NCBI GenBank assembly: GCA_963845065.1
Contig: CAWJQQ010000001.1
Coordinates: 32,001-96,000, forward strand
Length of the DNA stretch: 64,000 nt
Source of the DNA: Nitrospirota bacterium
GTDB lineage: Bacteria; Nitrospirota; UBA9217
Reading direction: 5' to 3'
The notes under the pieces are model-generated. The model was not told the origin of the DNA and did not search any database. It worked only from the letters and a program-made list of their open reading frames with translations. Shown here piece after piece: positions 10,931 through 22,938 of this stretch; position 1 is the first letter of the stretch; the number at the start of each line of letters is the position of its first letter. Both the position numbers and the translations under genes were made by a program.

Positions 10931-11019
10931 TGACTATATAAACTCCGATCCTGAAAGTATTAAACCAATCAATTGCAAACGAAAAAATATGTCATGTTTG
11001 AAGCTTAAACAAATAATGC

Positions 11020-11391
11020 CTAAGGTATTTCATGGTCCTTCCGCTTCAAGTGTTCAACAATGATCAAGCCTAAGTCCACAACAAAAATGGTTATTACGAT
11101 GCTGTCCATAACAGTCACTAGAGAACTCGACGGCAAGAGTTGCTCGCCACCCCAAAAAACGAATGCTGTGCCGAGCAACAGTCCCTTGACCAATTCACCC
11201 CGTTGCCGGTCGGCGCTTAACTGAAAACTAATATAGGACAAGCCTATACACATTAGCGGCAATGCGCCCATCCGCTGATGGACGGAGGTAAAATGCAATT
11301 GGTGCAAACTGTCTGAAAGCAATAGAGTAAATAATCCAACTAAAGCAGAAATGAAAAAAAATATACTGAGCACTCGAAACAATCTTATCAA
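11020..11391 (-). CDS. Small 4-TM hypothetical membrane protein
   Basis: Hydrophobic ORF (AFVFWGGEQ); a decayed paralog lies at 12250. Confidence 0.65.
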   Translation of the reverse strand: MIRLFRVLSIFFFISALVGLFTLLLSDSLHQLHFTSVHQRMGALPLMCIGLSYISFQLSADRQRGELVKGLLLGTAFVFWGGEQLLPSSSLVTVMDSIVITIFVVDLGLIIVEHLKRKDHEIP

Positions 11392-11422
11392 AATAGGTTC
11401 CTACAGTCAGTATTACTGAACA

Positions 11423-12200
11423 TCAATTCTTCACGCCTAAAGAGGCTCGATTCTGATAATCTTTATATTTTAAATTCAGCAAAGCCTGTACTACATTTGC
11501 TTGGTATGCTGCATGCCCAGCATCCTGTGGCGAGGCATATCTTATAAAGTTCTCAAAAGCCTTAATCGCATCATCTACGAGACATTTTTGCAAAGGAATT
11601 CCTGAGGTTGTTGTGGGCTTCCGCATAACCAGGCTTAATCCTTATTGCCTCTTTGAATTCATTAATCGCATCATCTATGAGACCCTTGATAAAAAGGGAG
11701 TTCCCAAGGTTGTTGTGGGCTTCCGCATCATCAGGTTTTATCCTTATCGCCTCTTTGAATTCCTTAATCGCATCATCCATGAGACCTTTGTCAGCAAGGG
11801 CAAACCCAAGACCGTAGTGGGCTCTCGCATCATCAGGCTTTATCCTTATCGTCTCTTTGAATTCCTTAATTGCATCATCCATGAGACCTTTGACAACAAG
11901 GGAATTCCCAAGATAGTTGTGGGCTCTCGCATAATCAGGTTTTATCCTTATCGCCAATTTGAATTCCTTAATCGCATCATCTATGAGACCTTTAACAGCA
12001 AAGGCAATCCCAAGGTTGCAGTGGGCTTCTGCATCATCAGGTTTAATCCTTATCGCCTCTTCAAATTCCTTAATTGCATCATCTGTGAGACCTCTGTTCA
12101 AAAAGGCGATCCCACGGTCATCGTGGGTCACTTCAAGATCATGATTAATCCTCCTGGTATCTTCTTCCTTTTTCTTAAACAAACTGTCAAATGAGCCCAT
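11423..12200 (-). pseudogene. TPR-repeat protein, probably frameshifted near 11590 (ORF 11571..12200 plus tail 11423..11626)
   Basis: 34-aa repeats (DDAIKEFKEAIRIKPDDAEAHNNLG); the last repeat continues in another frame (DDAIKAFENFI). Confidence 0.7.
11560..12095. repeat. About 5 tandem 102-bp coding repeats (TPR units)
   Basis: CCTTAATCGCATCATC(T/C)ATGAGACC recurs every 102 bp. Confidence 0.85.
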
Positions 12201-12249
12201 AATATATTTTGCCTACTTAACTTTTTCTGAAGATTTGATAAATAACGCT

Positions 12250-12600
12250 TAAGGTGTTTTATGGTCCTTCCGTTTAAATGTTCAATAATGATCAATCCTA
12301 AATCCACACTAAATTAGCTATCACGATGCTGTCCATAACAATCACGAGAGGACTGGACGGCAGTTGTTCCTCTCCAATAGAAACGAACGATATGCCGAGC
12401 AATAGTCCCTTGACCTATTCACACCATTGATGTTCGGCGCTTAGCTGATAACTAAGATAGGACAAGCCGATACAAATAAGCGGCAATGCGCTCAACTGCT
12501 GATGGACGCATGTAAAACGCAATTGGTGCAAACCGTCGGATAGCAATAGAGCGAATATGCCATCTAAAATAGAATGACAAAAGATATACTGAGGAACAGC
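12250..12600 (-). pseudogene. Decayed duplicate of 11020..11391
   Basis: Colinear nucleotide similarity (ATGGTCCTTCCG, ACGATGCTGTCCATAACA, AGTCCCTTGACC, AGCGGCAATGCGC) with indels. Confidence 0.8.
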
Positions 12601-12786
12601 GAAAACGATATTTCTTCGAACGCCGAGAGGGATACACTCCGTTGAAAACCCGGATCAAAGACGATAATCACACCGCGCTCTTCTCAAATAAAACGTGCCG
12701 TAGTTATTTCTAAAAGGAAAAGTGTCCAACGCTGCCCAGCAAATCACTAAACTATACATCGGGTAGGCTAGCAAGCCCAGTAACGA

Positions 12787-13632
12787 CTAGTCCCCGACCT
12801 TTCCGCCCGCTGCTATCAGTTCCTTGATCACCCCTTCGACAACCCAATCCGGCGTAGAAGCTCCCGCCGTAATCCCGACTTTCTTAGCGTCTTTCAACCA
12901 CTCATACCGAAGCTCGTTAGCCAACTCGATATGATATGTATGCTTTCCTTCACGTTTGCACACATCGACAAGTCGGCTGGTATTGGCGCTGTTTCTACCC
13001 CCAACGACCAGCATTACATCGACTTGGCGAGCCAGGATCCGCGCCGCGTCCTGGCGCTCTTTCGTAGAACTACAAATTGTGTTGTAGATCTTTAATTCTT
13101 TGGAAAGACGCAATAATTTTAATACAATCTCTGAAAAATTGTCATACGATTGAGTCGTCTGCGCAACAATCCCCAACCGGCTTTGTAAGACGAGGCCTTC
13201 CAGGTCTTCGGCTTTCCCCACGACGACGACGTCGTCGGCATAGCACATGATGCTCTGGACCTCGGGATGTTCTTGTTCCCCCACAACGATGACCTGGTAA
13301 CCTTCTTTTTTCAGGGTCTCAGCGTCACGTTGCGCCTTTCTTACAAAGGGGCAGGTAAGATCGATGATATTCAGTTCCCTGTCACTGGCCTCGGTAAGCA
13401 CGCTGGGAGGCACGCCGTGAGAACGGATTATGATGGAGTCTCCTGGCTTGAGAGACGAAAAATTCTCAACGGTAGCAACTCCGGAAAGATTCAGGCGCTC
13501 CACTTCCTGAGGATTATGAATGATGGAGCCGAGACAAAATACTTTTCCCGTATGAGCAGCGTCGAATGCCGTATTGATCGCTCGCTTCACGCCGAAGCAG
13601 AAGCCCGATTTATCGGCCAACAATATTTCCAT
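12787..13632 (-). CDS. ispH: 4-hydroxy-3-methylbut-2-enyl diphosphate reductase
   Basis: GFCFGVKRA, IIHN, SHG, TCPFV, HPEV, QTT, NTIC and TAGASTP motifs. Confidence 0.95.
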   Translation of the reverse strand: MEILLADKSGFCFGVKRAINTAFDAAHTGKVFCLGSIIHNPQEVERLNLSGVATVENFSSLKPGDSIIIRSHGVPPSVLTEASDRELNIIDLTCPFVRKAQRDAETLKKEGYQVIVVGEQEHPEVQSIMCYADDVVVVGKAEDLEGLVLQSRLGIVAQTTQSYDNFSEIVLKLLRLSKELKIYNTICSSTKERQDAARILARQVDVMLVVGGRNSANTSRLVDVCKREGKHTYHIELANELRYEWLKDAKKVGITAGASTPDWVVEGVIKELIAAGGKVGD

Positions 13633-13786
13633 ACATCCTTTACCCATACAGTCAGGACAAAGACCTTCTATTTACCACCAAATCAGGCGCTACGGTCGCA
13701 AAGGTTTTCATACGAAAAAATAACCACCAGTGAATAATTTTATACATGAGTGTAATTATCGAGCTGTTTACATTTATCATTCGTTG

Positions 13787-14110
13787 CTATATCAGATTCC
13801 CGAACAGTATGATCATTCCTCCGCATATAATTACGCACAAGCCTATCCATGTAGCAACCGGTATATTTTTCTTCAATACAAAGCGTCTAAACAATATGCT
13901 TATAAGCGCAAAGAAGGCGATATATGCTCCGAGCAATTTCGAAAAATCCCATTTCATCGTGTTAACCACTACGCCATAGCAACCCAACATGACGAAACCG
14001 ATCATAATGGTGATGAGGCCGCTTACGCGAAGCCCATTGCTGACCATCGCGTTACCCCCGACTGCTAGAACTGCAGCAGCGATGAAAACAAGCCAAGCTA
14101 TAGACGTCAT
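13787..14110 (-). CDS. Small 4-TM SMR/YnfA-like membrane protein
   Basis: RBS GGAGG before ATG 14110; 4 TM segments; FSKLLGAYIAFF. Confidence 0.65.
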   Translation of the reverse strand: MTSIAWLVFIAAAVLAVGGNAMVSNGLRVSGLITIMIGFVMLGCYGVVVNTMKWDFSKLLGAYIAFFALISILFRRFVLKKNIPVATWIGLCVIICGGMIILFGNLI

Positions 14111-14145
14111 CGTCAACCTCCCTAATCTGTGTATATTGATATGCT

Positions 14146-14161
14146 TGCAAGGCAGGTGCCA
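14146..14161 (-). promoter_or_regulatory. Sigma-54 (-24/-12) promoter
   Basis: TGGCACCTGCCTTGCA on the minus strand, a consensus match 36 bp before the start. Confidence 0.7.
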
Positions 14162-14549
14162 AACTCGCATAGATGAATAAACCCGTAAAGCGACTAATTT
14201 CACTGCTCAAACTTGAAAAGTTGTCACGCTGCAGAAATATTTTCTATTTCAAAATGATGAAATTGTGGACAAATGATCTATAAACGGGCAGAGGTCAATC
14301 GATGCTTGCTCAACCTTTTATGACGAAGTGAACGGTTCACTCTGTTGCTTGCGAATGTGCTTTCCCATATGCCTGAGGTTGAATGGGTTATAATTGCTAT
14401 TATGCGTTTTGATGCATTCAACGGATGATGGGAAAATGATCTAGCCTTATTCTTGTACCACGTAGAGAGTTGCACTTTTAAGAAGTCAAAGATGGCATAT
14501 TCTTATGGGTAAATGGTGTCGAAAGGAGTGTTGGCAATGAGAATAAAAC

Positions 14550-14712
14550 GGGGTGGAAAACTAACAAATACGGGTTGGTAATTGCAATATTAAAAATGTG
14601 ACGGCATCAACAACTACAGGATGAAGATGTTGAGAGAAAACTTAATCACAAAATGCAAAGATACAAATTGAATTTTACACCTTCGCCATTATTATATGAA
14701 ACTCGACTTCAC
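14550..14712 (+). repeat. Family A repeat, copy A4 (3'-truncated)
   Basis: TAACAAATACGGGTTG...ACTACAGGATG...ATCACAAAATGCAAAGATAC...ACACCTTCGC...GAAACTCGACTTCAC, near-identical blocks to A1. Confidence 0.85.
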
Positions 14713-14919
14713 AAACATGTACTGACTATTGATAAAAAACGGATCACGTAAAACATGCATCAACACCCGAGTGAAGGGCACTAACCGCATTGCTCCTCTC
14801 CCCGGCTGGTTGAAATCATTGTGTCGGCTTTCATTTTGCTCATCTCGCTTTTTGCATTATTTATCTACTCCCCATGTTCACTTACGTCACGTATCCGTGA
14901 AGCTGTATGGAGCAACTCG

Positions 14920-17436
14920 CTATTGATCGAGCACTTCCCTGACCATCCGCAGTAGAGCCTGGGGAGAAGACGGCTTCGAGAGAAAATGCAGTCCTTTCTC
15001 GAGCACGCCTTCTTTCTGGATCAGGTCAGCCGGATAACCGCTCGTGAAGATCACCTTTACGTTCGGATTAAAACGCTTCATCTCCTCGAAGACCTCCTTG
15101 CCGTTCTTCTTAGGCATGATGACGTCCAGGATGAACAGGCTGATCCGGTCCCGGTGCGCCCCGAACTTCTGCAGTGCCTCTTTCCCGTCCACAGCCTCGA
15201 TGACGGTATACCCGAACTCCTGCAGCACATTTCTGTTCAACAGTCTTACCGTCTCATTGTCTTCAGCAAGCAGGATAGTCTCCGTTCCTCTTCGAAGCGG
15301 CTGTTGGGCCCCGGGATGCCGGTCTTCTCCAGTTGGGGCACCGACGAACGGGAAGTATATCTTAAACGTCGTTCCTGTACCGACCTCGCTATATACGTTA
15401 ATATAGCCGTTATTCTGTTTTACGATGCCATATACGATGGCAAGCCCAAGTCCTGTCCCTCTACCGAGTTCTTTGGTCGTGAAGAAGGGTTCAAAGATCT
15501 TCTGCCGGGTACGTTCATCCATGCCTTCCCCGCTGTCATTTACGCTCAGCACAGCGTAGACCCCCGGCGAACCATAGCCATGCCTCCTAACGTACTCATC
15601 GTCGAGCACCACCCGTTCCGTCCCGATAATGAGCCGTCCTCCTTTCGGCATGGCGTCACGTGCGTTGGTGGCGAGGTTCATCAATATCTGCTCGATCTGG
15701 CTGGCATCAGCATAGATCGTCAGTGCTTCGTTATGCAGGGATGTGGTCAGGGCGATATCCTCGCCGATGATCCGGGAGAGAAGCTTTTCGACCTTCCGTA
15801 TGGCGTCATTGAGGTCCATGTCCTTCGGATTGATGACCTGCTTCCTGCTGAAGGCAAGGAGGCTCTGGGTCAGGCTGGCCGCGCGCTCGGCTGCCGTCAG
15901 GACCTGTTCTATATGTACGCGGGAAGGGTCATCATCCTTCATGTGCATGTGGATAAGATTCCCGTACCCGACGATCGCAGCGAGCATATTATTAAAGTCG
16001 TGTGCGATGCCGCCCGCAAGCTGGCCGATGGATTCCATTTTTTGCGACTGTAATAACTGGGACTGGAGCTTCTCCCGCTCCACTTCGGCCAGTTTCTGAT
16101 CGGTGATGTCTAGGACGGCGCCGATGGTGCGTACCGGACGGCGCGCGTCACCTTCGCCTTCAAAAAAAGTTTGCGAACGAGTGGTCAACCATCGGACCTC
16201 ACCGTCCCGGCGTATGATCCGATGCTCAATGTCGAAGAGACCGTCGCCTGCCGGGTCATGAGAGCGCCGAACAGCGGCCGTGATTCGCTCGCGATCCTCG
16301 GGGTTGACTTGAGTGATAAACCCCGCCAGGGTTACCGTTTCCTCGGAGCCCCAGCCATAGTTTTGCCTTTGCTGCGGCGACCAGTAGATCGTGTCAGTCA
16401 GGTGGTTGTGATCGAAGATGCCGATATGAGAGGCACGGACGGCCTGCTGCAATCGTTCCTCGCTTGCTTGCAATTTTTGCTCGCTTTCTACGAGCGAATC
16501 TTCCGCCTGCCTACGGACAATAATACCGGCTAAGGTGTTTGAAATTGTTACGAGCAATTCCTGCTCTCTTTCATTTCTTTTATATCTATCTTTCATATAG
16601 ACATTTAACACACCCAGTACTCTCCCGGAGAAAATTATAGGGACACAGTAATGCCCATGTGGAACGATGCCGTCGTGACAAATTTCATGACGCTCATCAA
16701 CGCTATCGATAAAAAAGACTTTTTGTGCGAATGCAGCTTGTCCGCAGATGCATTTGTCCATAGGAATACGTGCACACATTTTTTGAATCCGTTCGTCGAG
16801 ATTTCTTTGGGCTTTTAAAACCAAAAATCCAGGGTCATTCTCAACAAGAAATATAGCTCCTCTCGATTGAACGACAAGCCAGGGGATCGTGAGGACAAGG
16901 TCCAGGGCGCGATTGAGAATGTCCTCAAGAGGAACCTTTTCCAGAGAGAGACGCAATAATGCATTTATAACTGCTTGTGTATCATAGTTCCGGTTAATTT
17001 CCTCTTCGGCGTGCTTACGTTCCGTGATATCTTGCAGGGTCTCGATGGCTGCAATTAAAACTCCTTTGCTGTCGTAGAGGGGTGCGGCATCGAAAAGAAT
17101 ATATCGTTCTTTGCCGTGCAGGTTCTCATACCAGCCTTCCGCATGAAAGCCATTCGGCACAAGTGTTGACTTAGCATAGGTGGTGTAAAGGTCGGGAAGC
17201 TTGTCAATTTCGGCGTCAATAATGATGTCCGCAATACAAGGGCGCTTATGATCGTAAAATGGCTTCCATTGATCGTCGGTTCCTATCATCTCGGCATCAC
17301 GGAAGCCGGTGAGTTCTTCGCATGCCTTATTCCAAAGAACTATTTTATGCTGAGCGTCCAGAACGAAGGTCGCAACTGCGGAGATATCAATAAGATTGTC
17401 GGAGAATTTTTTTTGCTCCCGTAAGGAATCTTTCAT
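14920..17436 (-). CDS. PAS/GAF/PAS hybrid sensor histidine kinase with receiver domain
   Basis: AHDFNN H-box, NARDAM, FFTTK, GTGLGL; receiver with LDVIMP. Confidence 0.92.
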   Translation of the reverse strand: MKDSLREQKKFSDNLIDISAVATFVLDAQHKIVLWNKACEELTGFRDAEMIGTDDQWKPFYDHKRPCIADIIIDAEIDKLPDLYTTYAKSTLVPNGFHAEGWYENLHGKERYILFDAAPLYDSKGVLIAAIETLQDITERKHAEEEINRNYDTQAVINALLRLSLEKVPLEDILNRALDLVLTIPWLVVQSRGAIFLVENDPGFLVLKAQRNLDERIQKMCARIPMDKCICGQAAFAQKVFFIDSVDERHEICHDGIVPHGHYCVPIIFSGRVLGVLNVYMKDRYKRNEREQELLVTISNTLAGIIVRRQAEDSLVESEQKLQASEERLQQAVRASHIGIFDHNHLTDTIYWSPQQRQNYGWGSEETVTLAGFITQVNPEDRERITAAVRRSHDPAGDGLFDIEHRIIRRDGEVRWLTTRSQTFFEGEGDARRPVRTIGAVLDITDQKLAEVEREKLQSQLLQSQKMESIGQLAGGIAHDFNNMLAAIVGYGNLIHMHMKDDDPSRVHIEQVLTAAERAASLTQSLLAFSRKQVINPKDMDLNDAIRKVEKLLSRIIGEDIALTTSLHNEALTIYADASQIEQILMNLATNARDAMPKGGRLIIGTERVVLDDEYVRRHGYGSPGVYAVLSVNDSGEGMDERTRQKIFEPFFTTKELGRGTGLGLAIVYGIVKQNNGYINVYSEVGTGTTFKIYFPFVGAPTGEDRHPGAQQPLRRGTETILLAEDNETVRLLNRNVLQEFGYTVIEAVDGKEALQKFGAHRDRISLFILDVIMPKKNGKEVFEEMKRFNPNVKVIFTSGYPADLIQKEGVLEKGLHFLSKPSSPQALLRMVREVLDQ

Positions 17437-17614
17437 CTTTGGTTGTCCTGACTTGTTGTGGCTTAATAAAATCCCACTTGGTCGAAAAACAAATACATCC
17501 CGATGGTAATAATATTTGACCTTATTCCGCAACGAATATATGCTTACTTCAGAGCGATGTCAATGACGTTGAATGGACGTGGTATCGAATGAGTATCGAA
17601 TGAGTATGGGTAAC

Positions 17615-17780
17615 CTCCGATGGGGTATTTTAGAGGTAGATGTATAAAATGTTCTAGTTGTAAATTACATTATTGCAATGAATGGAAACCCGTTTGCTTC
17701 AGGATGTTGTTGTTGACAGAAATCTTTATCACAAAATGCAAAGATACTAAATGAATTTTGCACCTTTGCTAATATATATA
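17615..17780 (+). repeat. Family A repeat, copy A5
   Basis: CCGATGGGGTATTTTAGAGGTAG...CTTCAGGATG...ATCACAAAATGCAAAGATAC...AAATGAATTTT. Confidence 0.8.
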
Positions 17781-18115
17781 ACATAAGACAGTCTTACTTT
17801 TAATCATAAGGTCTGTAGCTGGTTGAAGATGCATATCTTTGGAACATATCAGGTTACACTCTGAGCTTAGCACTTTTCGGATAATAATATTCCATATCAG
17901 CTAATCTGCAATCAATGTATACTCCCAAATACCCTATTTCTTTTCTTGCCCTTTCTATCAAGTTATAGTAAAGTTTTTAAAAATTTGTGTCTGTCTATCT
18001 TCCATGGGTGGAAATGACCGCTGACCCGGAATCCATCTAGCGTCATCGCATTCCGGAAAGAGCGTGAACGAGCCTAAAACCACCTTCAATAAGGAAACCA
18101 GATTCCGATTAACTC

Positions 18116-20350
18116 ATGAAAACCTCTCAGATTTTAAAAGTGGCTCAATTAGCACACAAATTTACATTAACTGCTACCATTCTTGTTAGCACGGCCCTTC
18201 TTACAACACTCTCAGTTGTCTTTTGTTATATTGTGTTTGCGATTTGGGAACCAGGATTCTTTCATAATATAATTTCATTGCTTTTGCCAGTCCTCACCCC
18301 ACTTTTAGTAACACCGCTTCTTGCAATAATATTTTTCTTTATAATCCGTTCAATGGTTGAAATGGACGCCATATTACGGGCGCAGAATGTAAAATTGGAA
18401 CAGGAAATCGTCGAGCGCAACCAAGCTGAGGAAAACCTGAAAAACCGCAATGCTTTTATAGAAACGATCTTGAATAATCTGCCAATCGGGTTAGCAGTAA
18501 ATAAAATCGCAGATGGTAAAGCGATTTACCTAAACGAGAAATTCGAAGAGATATATGGATGGCCAAAGAATGTTTTTACGGACGTTGATAATTTCTTTCT
18601 CCATGTGATGCCGGATCCTGTTCAAAGAAAAACAAGAAAAGAAATAATAATGTCCGATATTGTCAGCGGAGATCCGTCAAGGATGCACTGGGAAAACGAG
18701 GTAGTCACCAACCAACGGGGAGAAACAAAATTTGTCACTGCGGTTAATATCCCGCTATATGAGCAGGATTTGATGATTTCAACAGTACAGGATGTCACAG
18801 AACGAATCTCTGGTGAAAAAGCTCTCACCAAGAGCGAGAGGCGCTTCAAGCGGCTTGTTGAGTCGGTAACGGACTACATATATGCTGTCAAGGTCGAAAA
18901 CGGGCTCCCGGTAGCAATTTTGCATGGTCCGGGATGCTTGGCTGTTACCGGTTACACCTCCGAGGAGTTTGATGCAAACCTAAACTTATGGCATCGAATC
19001 ATCCATCCTGCAGATCTCTTTGCCGTTACGGAATATGAGAAGAAAGTGCTCGAAGGCATCTCTATGAACCCCTTGGAATACCGGATTATGCATAAAGACG
19101 GCACTATTCGGTGGGTGAGGAACACCGCTGTTTTACGTTTTGACAAAAATGAGAATTTGATCGACTATGACAGCCTTGTTTCCGACATTACCCCGCTGAA
19201 GCAGCTCGAGGCGCAGCTCCGTCACGCACAGAAAATGGAAGCTGTGGGTCAGTTGGCTGGAGGAGTTGCTCATGACTTCAACAATATTCTCACAGCCATT
19301 ATCGGCTATGGCAACCTACTCTTGAAAAAACTTCCAGAAGGAGATTCGTTAAACGACTACGCCCAGCATATCCTTGCATCTGCAGAACGGGCATCGCGTC
19401 TTACTCACAGTCTCCTTGCTTTCAGCAGAAAACAGGTTATCGATTTAAAGCCAGTTGATGTAAACGAGATCATAAGTCGGGTCGAGAAACTGTTGCTCAT
19501 GGTCATCGGAGAAGACATCGAAATTAAAACACGGCTCAGTAAACAAGACTTGCCTGTCTTGGCGGACGGCATGCAAATTGAACAGGTAATGATAAATTTG
19601 GCTACGAATGCTCGTGATGCTATGCTGACAGGTGGGCTTTTATTGATTGAAACGGATTCGTGCGAGATAGACGAGGACTTCCTGAAGACTCATGCATATG
19701 GTAAACCCGGAACATATGCCCTCATCGCGGTAACGGACACCGGTATCGGCATGGATGAAGATATCCGAGCAAAAATTTTCGAGCCATTTTTTACGACTAA
19801 GGAAGTTGGAAAAGGCACGGGACTTGGACTTGCCATGGTGTATGGTATAGTTAAGCAGCACAACGGCTATATTAATGTTTACAGCGAACCCAGTAAGGGC
19901 ACAACGTTTAAAATATACCTTCCTCTCATTTTTGAAGCGGTCCCCACAGAGAAAAAGCGCTCACCGATAATCATGTGTCGAGGCACGGAAACTATTCTGC
20001 TTGCAGAGGATGACGGTGAAGTACGCATTCTCATACGAACATTACTCACGGATGCTGGCTATAAGGTCATAGAGGCTATCGATGGCGAGGACGCGATTCA
20101 GAAATTTAGGAAAAATGATGACATAGAATTAGTTGTTAGCGACATCATCATGCCAAAAAAGAACGGCAAAGAAATGTATTTAGAAATAAAAAAGTTTCGA
20201 CCTGAAATTAAAGTAATATTCACAAGCGGGTACACGTCAGACATTATCAACAAGACGGGAGTTCTTGATATGGGGTTGGATTTTGTCCTAAAACCGATAG
20301 CAACCGTAGAATTCCTTCAGAAAATAAGAGAAGCTTTGGATAAAGAATGA
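18116..20350 (+). CDS. Membrane-anchored PAS-PAS hybrid histidine kinase with receiver domain
   Basis: Two N-terminal TM segments, AHDFNN, FFTTKE, GTGLGL, SDIIMP. Confidence 0.92.
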   Translation: MKTSQILKVAQLAHKFTLTATILVSTALLTTLSVVFCYIVFAIWEPGFFHNIISLLLPVLTPLLVTPLLAIIFFFIIRSMVEMDAILRAQNVKLEQEIVERNQAEENLKNRNAFIETILNNLPIGLAVNKIADGKAIYLNEKFEEIYGWPKNVFTDVDNFFLHVMPDPVQRKTRKEIIMSDIVSGDPSRMHWENEVVTNQRGETKFVTAVNIPLYEQDLMISTVQDVTERISGEKALTKSERRFKRLVESVTDYIYAVKVENGLPVAILHGPGCLAVTGYTSEEFDANLNLWHRIIHPADLFAVTEYEKKVLEGISMNPLEYRIMHKDGTIRWVRNTAVLRFDKNENLIDYDSLVSDITPLKQLEAQLRHAQKMEAVGQLAGGVAHDFNNILTAIIGYGNLLLKKLPEGDSLNDYAQHILASAERASRLTHSLLAFSRKQVIDLKPVDVNEIISRVEKLLLMVIGEDIEIKTRLSKQDLPVLADGMQIEQVMINLATNARDAMLTGGLLLIETDSCEIDEDFLKTHAYGKPGTYALIAVTDTGIGMDEDIRAKIFEPFFTTKEVGKGTGLGLAMVYGIVKQHNGYINVYSEPSKGTTFKIYLPLIFEAVPTEKKRSPIIMCRGTETILLAEDDGEVRILIRTLLTDAGYKVIEAIDGEDAIQKFRKNDDIELVVSDIIMPKKNGKEMYLEIKKFRPEIKVIFTSGYTSDIINKTGVLDMGLDFVLKPIATVEFLQKIREALDKE

Positions 20351-20509
20351 CATTCAAATCCCAGTATGGTCAAAAAACTCATGCAGCCTCACGATAATAA
20401 TATTTGAGCAGTCCCCCCACCCTCTGGCGACATTTAATCGTATTGTTGGAAACCATCCAGGGGAGTGGGTGGACTGCGAACTTATGAAAAAGTTAAAGGT
20501 GTAGCAAAT

Positions 20510-20535
20510 AAAAAGGGGCCTTTCGGCCCCCCAAA
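20510..20535. terminator. Intrinsic terminator-like hairpin
   Basis: AAAAAGGGGCC-TTTC-GGCCCC; the U-tract is on the minus strand. Confidence 0.55.
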
Positions 20536-21064
20536 GGACACGCCCGCTAAGCGTCTTTTGGCTTTTCTTCAAAAACACCTTCAAGGTTTCCCTTTTTTGA
20601 CGCTTCTCTATCAGAGCATAGCCAACTGCCCCCTACAGAACTTACATAAAAAGAAAAAGCAAAAAATTGCATTGTCAAGAAGTAGGGACTTCTATATGCA
20701 CCTAAAAACCAAAATTCACCTATATACGATCTAACTTTGAAAAAATTAAAATATAGTGATACAAAAAATTCAAAAAAACTAGCAAGCGCAAAAAGAAAGC
20801 AAGAAGCTTGAAAAACTAATGCATATTTAATTATCATTTTTTTTATCTTTATATTTAACATAAAATTCTCCGTACACAATATCTATGGAGCTACTTCTGC
20901 CGGAACTTCTGGCGCTGGTGCTTCCGGTGTATAATTTGAATTTTTTGGAGGTCCGGCACCTACACTGGGAGCAGTTGTGCACGCCTGGAGTTTATGATAC
21001 CAGAATCACGGAAAATCGGGTAACACTTTCGAGATGAAATATTGATTGTTGACAAAAAAACTCC

Positions 21065-21210
21065 ACCAGTTCAGGATGATCTTATGACTGTAAACTTCAA
21101 GTAGAAGTCTAGTCGACTTCGCTGATCGCAATGATCCGATCTGCACCTACAAGTGTGCAATCACAGTTGTATAGTCAGAGGTGCAGAATATCAGTTGAAA
21201 CTTGCATAAC
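21065..21210 (+). repeat. Family A repeat, copy A6
   Basis: GTTCAGGATG, TCGACTTC, CACCTACAA, and the end GGTGCAGAATATCAGTTGAAACTTGCATAAC. Confidence 0.65.
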
Positions 21211-21355
21211 TTTCGAGTTCTGGCCACGGCCCGTTAGGGATGTTGCGCGGTAAGGTGGAGGGGTCTGATGGGAATATCGGGTAGCAGATCCCGATGTTGT
21301 GAGATGAGAATATCGTAAATAGATGCCGAAGTCAAGATAACAGCGCGCCGGACGC

Positions 21356-21387
21356 AAAAAAAACTACCTGCCCCTTTGGACAGGTAG
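21356..21387 (-). terminator. Rho-independent terminator
   Basis: CTACCTG...CAGGTAG stem followed by T8 on the minus strand. Confidence 0.7.
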
Positions 21388-21527
21388 CGATGAGACGACC
21401 TCGACCTCTCGAAACACCAGTGATGGAGGACCCCTCAGGGCCACCTATTAACGGCAGCGCTTCCCTTACGCGGCTTTCGCCGCCTTGCTCCTCCACTCCA
21501 GAGTGATCTCCTCGGCGAGGTCGTCGG

Positions 21528-21851
21528 TCAATGGACGGAAATGACGCAGTTATTGGTTCCAAACGGATTGGGAACCAGTTCAGAGCATTTCAGGTCCGAA
21601 GCCCAGGCCCCATCGACGAAATACTTATACTCGTGCTTCCCTGGTGTCAGTTTGAGCTTGATCCTCCAGGTCCCGTCCTTGCCTTTCTTCATGGGCATCG
21701 AGCTCGTATCCCATGCATTGAACTTTCCGGCGATGCAGACCTTTCTGGCTTCCGGCGCATGGAATATGAACTCCACTTCATGCGTGGCTCCGATCATCTG
21801 GGGTCCGATGAAGGACCCGCTCATCTTCTTGACAACCTCTAATACTGCCAT
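21528..21851 (-). CDS. Glycogen-binding CBM48/AMPK1_CBM domain protein
   Basis: VCIAGKFNAW, GTW, YKYFVDGAW and NPFG motifs; RBS AGGAGG. Confidence 0.85.
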   Translation of the reverse strand: MAVLEVVKKMSGSFIGPQMIGATHEVEFIFHAPEARKVCIAGKFNAWDTSSMPMKKGKDGTWRIKLKLTPGKHEYKYFVDGAWASDLKCSELVPNPFGTNNCVISVH

Positions 21852-22056
21852 ATCAGCTACCTCCTGTTGGTGAATGTGAACTCCCCTTGTGCTCGCTGGA
21901 TCCTTCCTCTTGCCATGCAAGGACATCCTGAACTTCTGCCGGCATTCACCAGTCAATGGATCACAAGTCAAAGAGGCCAAGTCTTGTTCCGTGCATGAGC
22001 CTTTCGTTAATGAATAAAGCAGGAACAAGACTTGGCCCTATGATCTCTGATATCCC

Positions 22057-22938
22057 TTAAGCGGCTTTCGCCATCTTGCTCTTCCACTCCACGGTGGTCT
22101 CCTCGACGAAATCGTCAAAGGTCCGGGGCTTCTTGCCCAGGAGCTTCTGCGTCTTTTCGAGATCTTCCTTGGACGTGATCATACCGTTCGCCTGGAAGAA
22201 CTCATACATGATGCGCATCTCGGGGATCATGAACTCTGGCATCATGTTCTTCACCTTCTCTCCCCAGGCATTGAGGTCGTCCCCGCTGTAACGGACCTCC
22301 CGTCCCAGGTGCTTGGTGTAGATCCTGGCGGTCCCTTGGCCGGTCAGGGTATCGGGCCCATTAATGTCGTACGTCTGGCTTTCGTAACCGGATCGCATGA
22401 GCGCGTTGACCGCACAGTCGGCGATGTCGCGCACATCGACCCGGTTTAGCCCCTTCCCGCCGATGGGCTGGGGATAGACGCTGTACTGCATAATCGCGGA
22501 CCGTAGCCCTAGGTCGTTCTGGAAGAAATTATTCGGCCGGAGGATCGTATAGGCGATCTTCGATTCCTTGATGGCCTTCTCCACTGGGAGCTTGCTCCGG
22601 AAGTGCGGTATCTTTTCCGACCCTTCGGGCATGAAGACCGACAGATAGACGATCTTCCTGACCTTGGCCGCCTTTGCCGCGGACACGGCAGCAAGCCCTT
22701 CATCGCTCTCGCTCAGTCCCACCGTGTTCAGCAGGAAGAGGCTGTCGATGCCTTCAAATGCTGCGGGGAGCGTATCGGGATCATCCAGATCCGCCTTGTA
22801 CCCTTCCACGCCTATTGGCAGCCTCTTCAGTTTTTCCGGGGAATGGCTCATAACCCGGACCTTGACTCCCTCTTTCAGCAAACCGGCCACCACCATGTTT
22901 CCGACCGTACCTGTTCCACCAATGACGAGTGTCTTCAT
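22057..22938 (-). CDS. NmrA-family NAD(P)-binding protein
   Basis: GGTGTVG Rossmann motif, ILRPNNFFQN, VDVRDIA; RBS AGGAGG. Confidence 0.88.
   Translation of the reverse strand: MKTLVIGGTGTVGNMVVAGLLKEGVKVRVMSHSPEKLKRLPIGVEGYKADLDDPDTLPAAFEGIDSLFLLNTVGLSESDEGLAAVSAAKAAKVRKIVYLSVFMPEGSEKIPHFRSKLPVEKAIKESKIAYTILRPNNFFQNDLGLRSAIMQYSVYPQPIGGKGLNRVDVRDIADCAVNALMRSGYESQTYDINGPDTLTGQGTARIYTKHLGREVRYSGDDLNAWGEKVKNMMPEFMIPEMRIMYEFFQANGMITSKEDLEKTQKLLGKKPRTFDDFVEETTVEWKSKMAKAA

Noticed and set aside
11560..12095. CRISPR-like array
   Set aside because: The 102-bp units are in-frame TPR repeats with no unique spacers and no cas genes.
14986..16053. Long antisense ORFs (also 25314..26069, 28668..29324, 11613..12194)
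   Set aside because: They are shadows of well-supported genes on the opposite strand.
20853..20880. dif/Xer site (ATTTAACATAA; similar ACTTAGCATAA at 5578)
   Set aside because: Only an XerD-like arm is present, with no XerC arm at 6-bp spacing.
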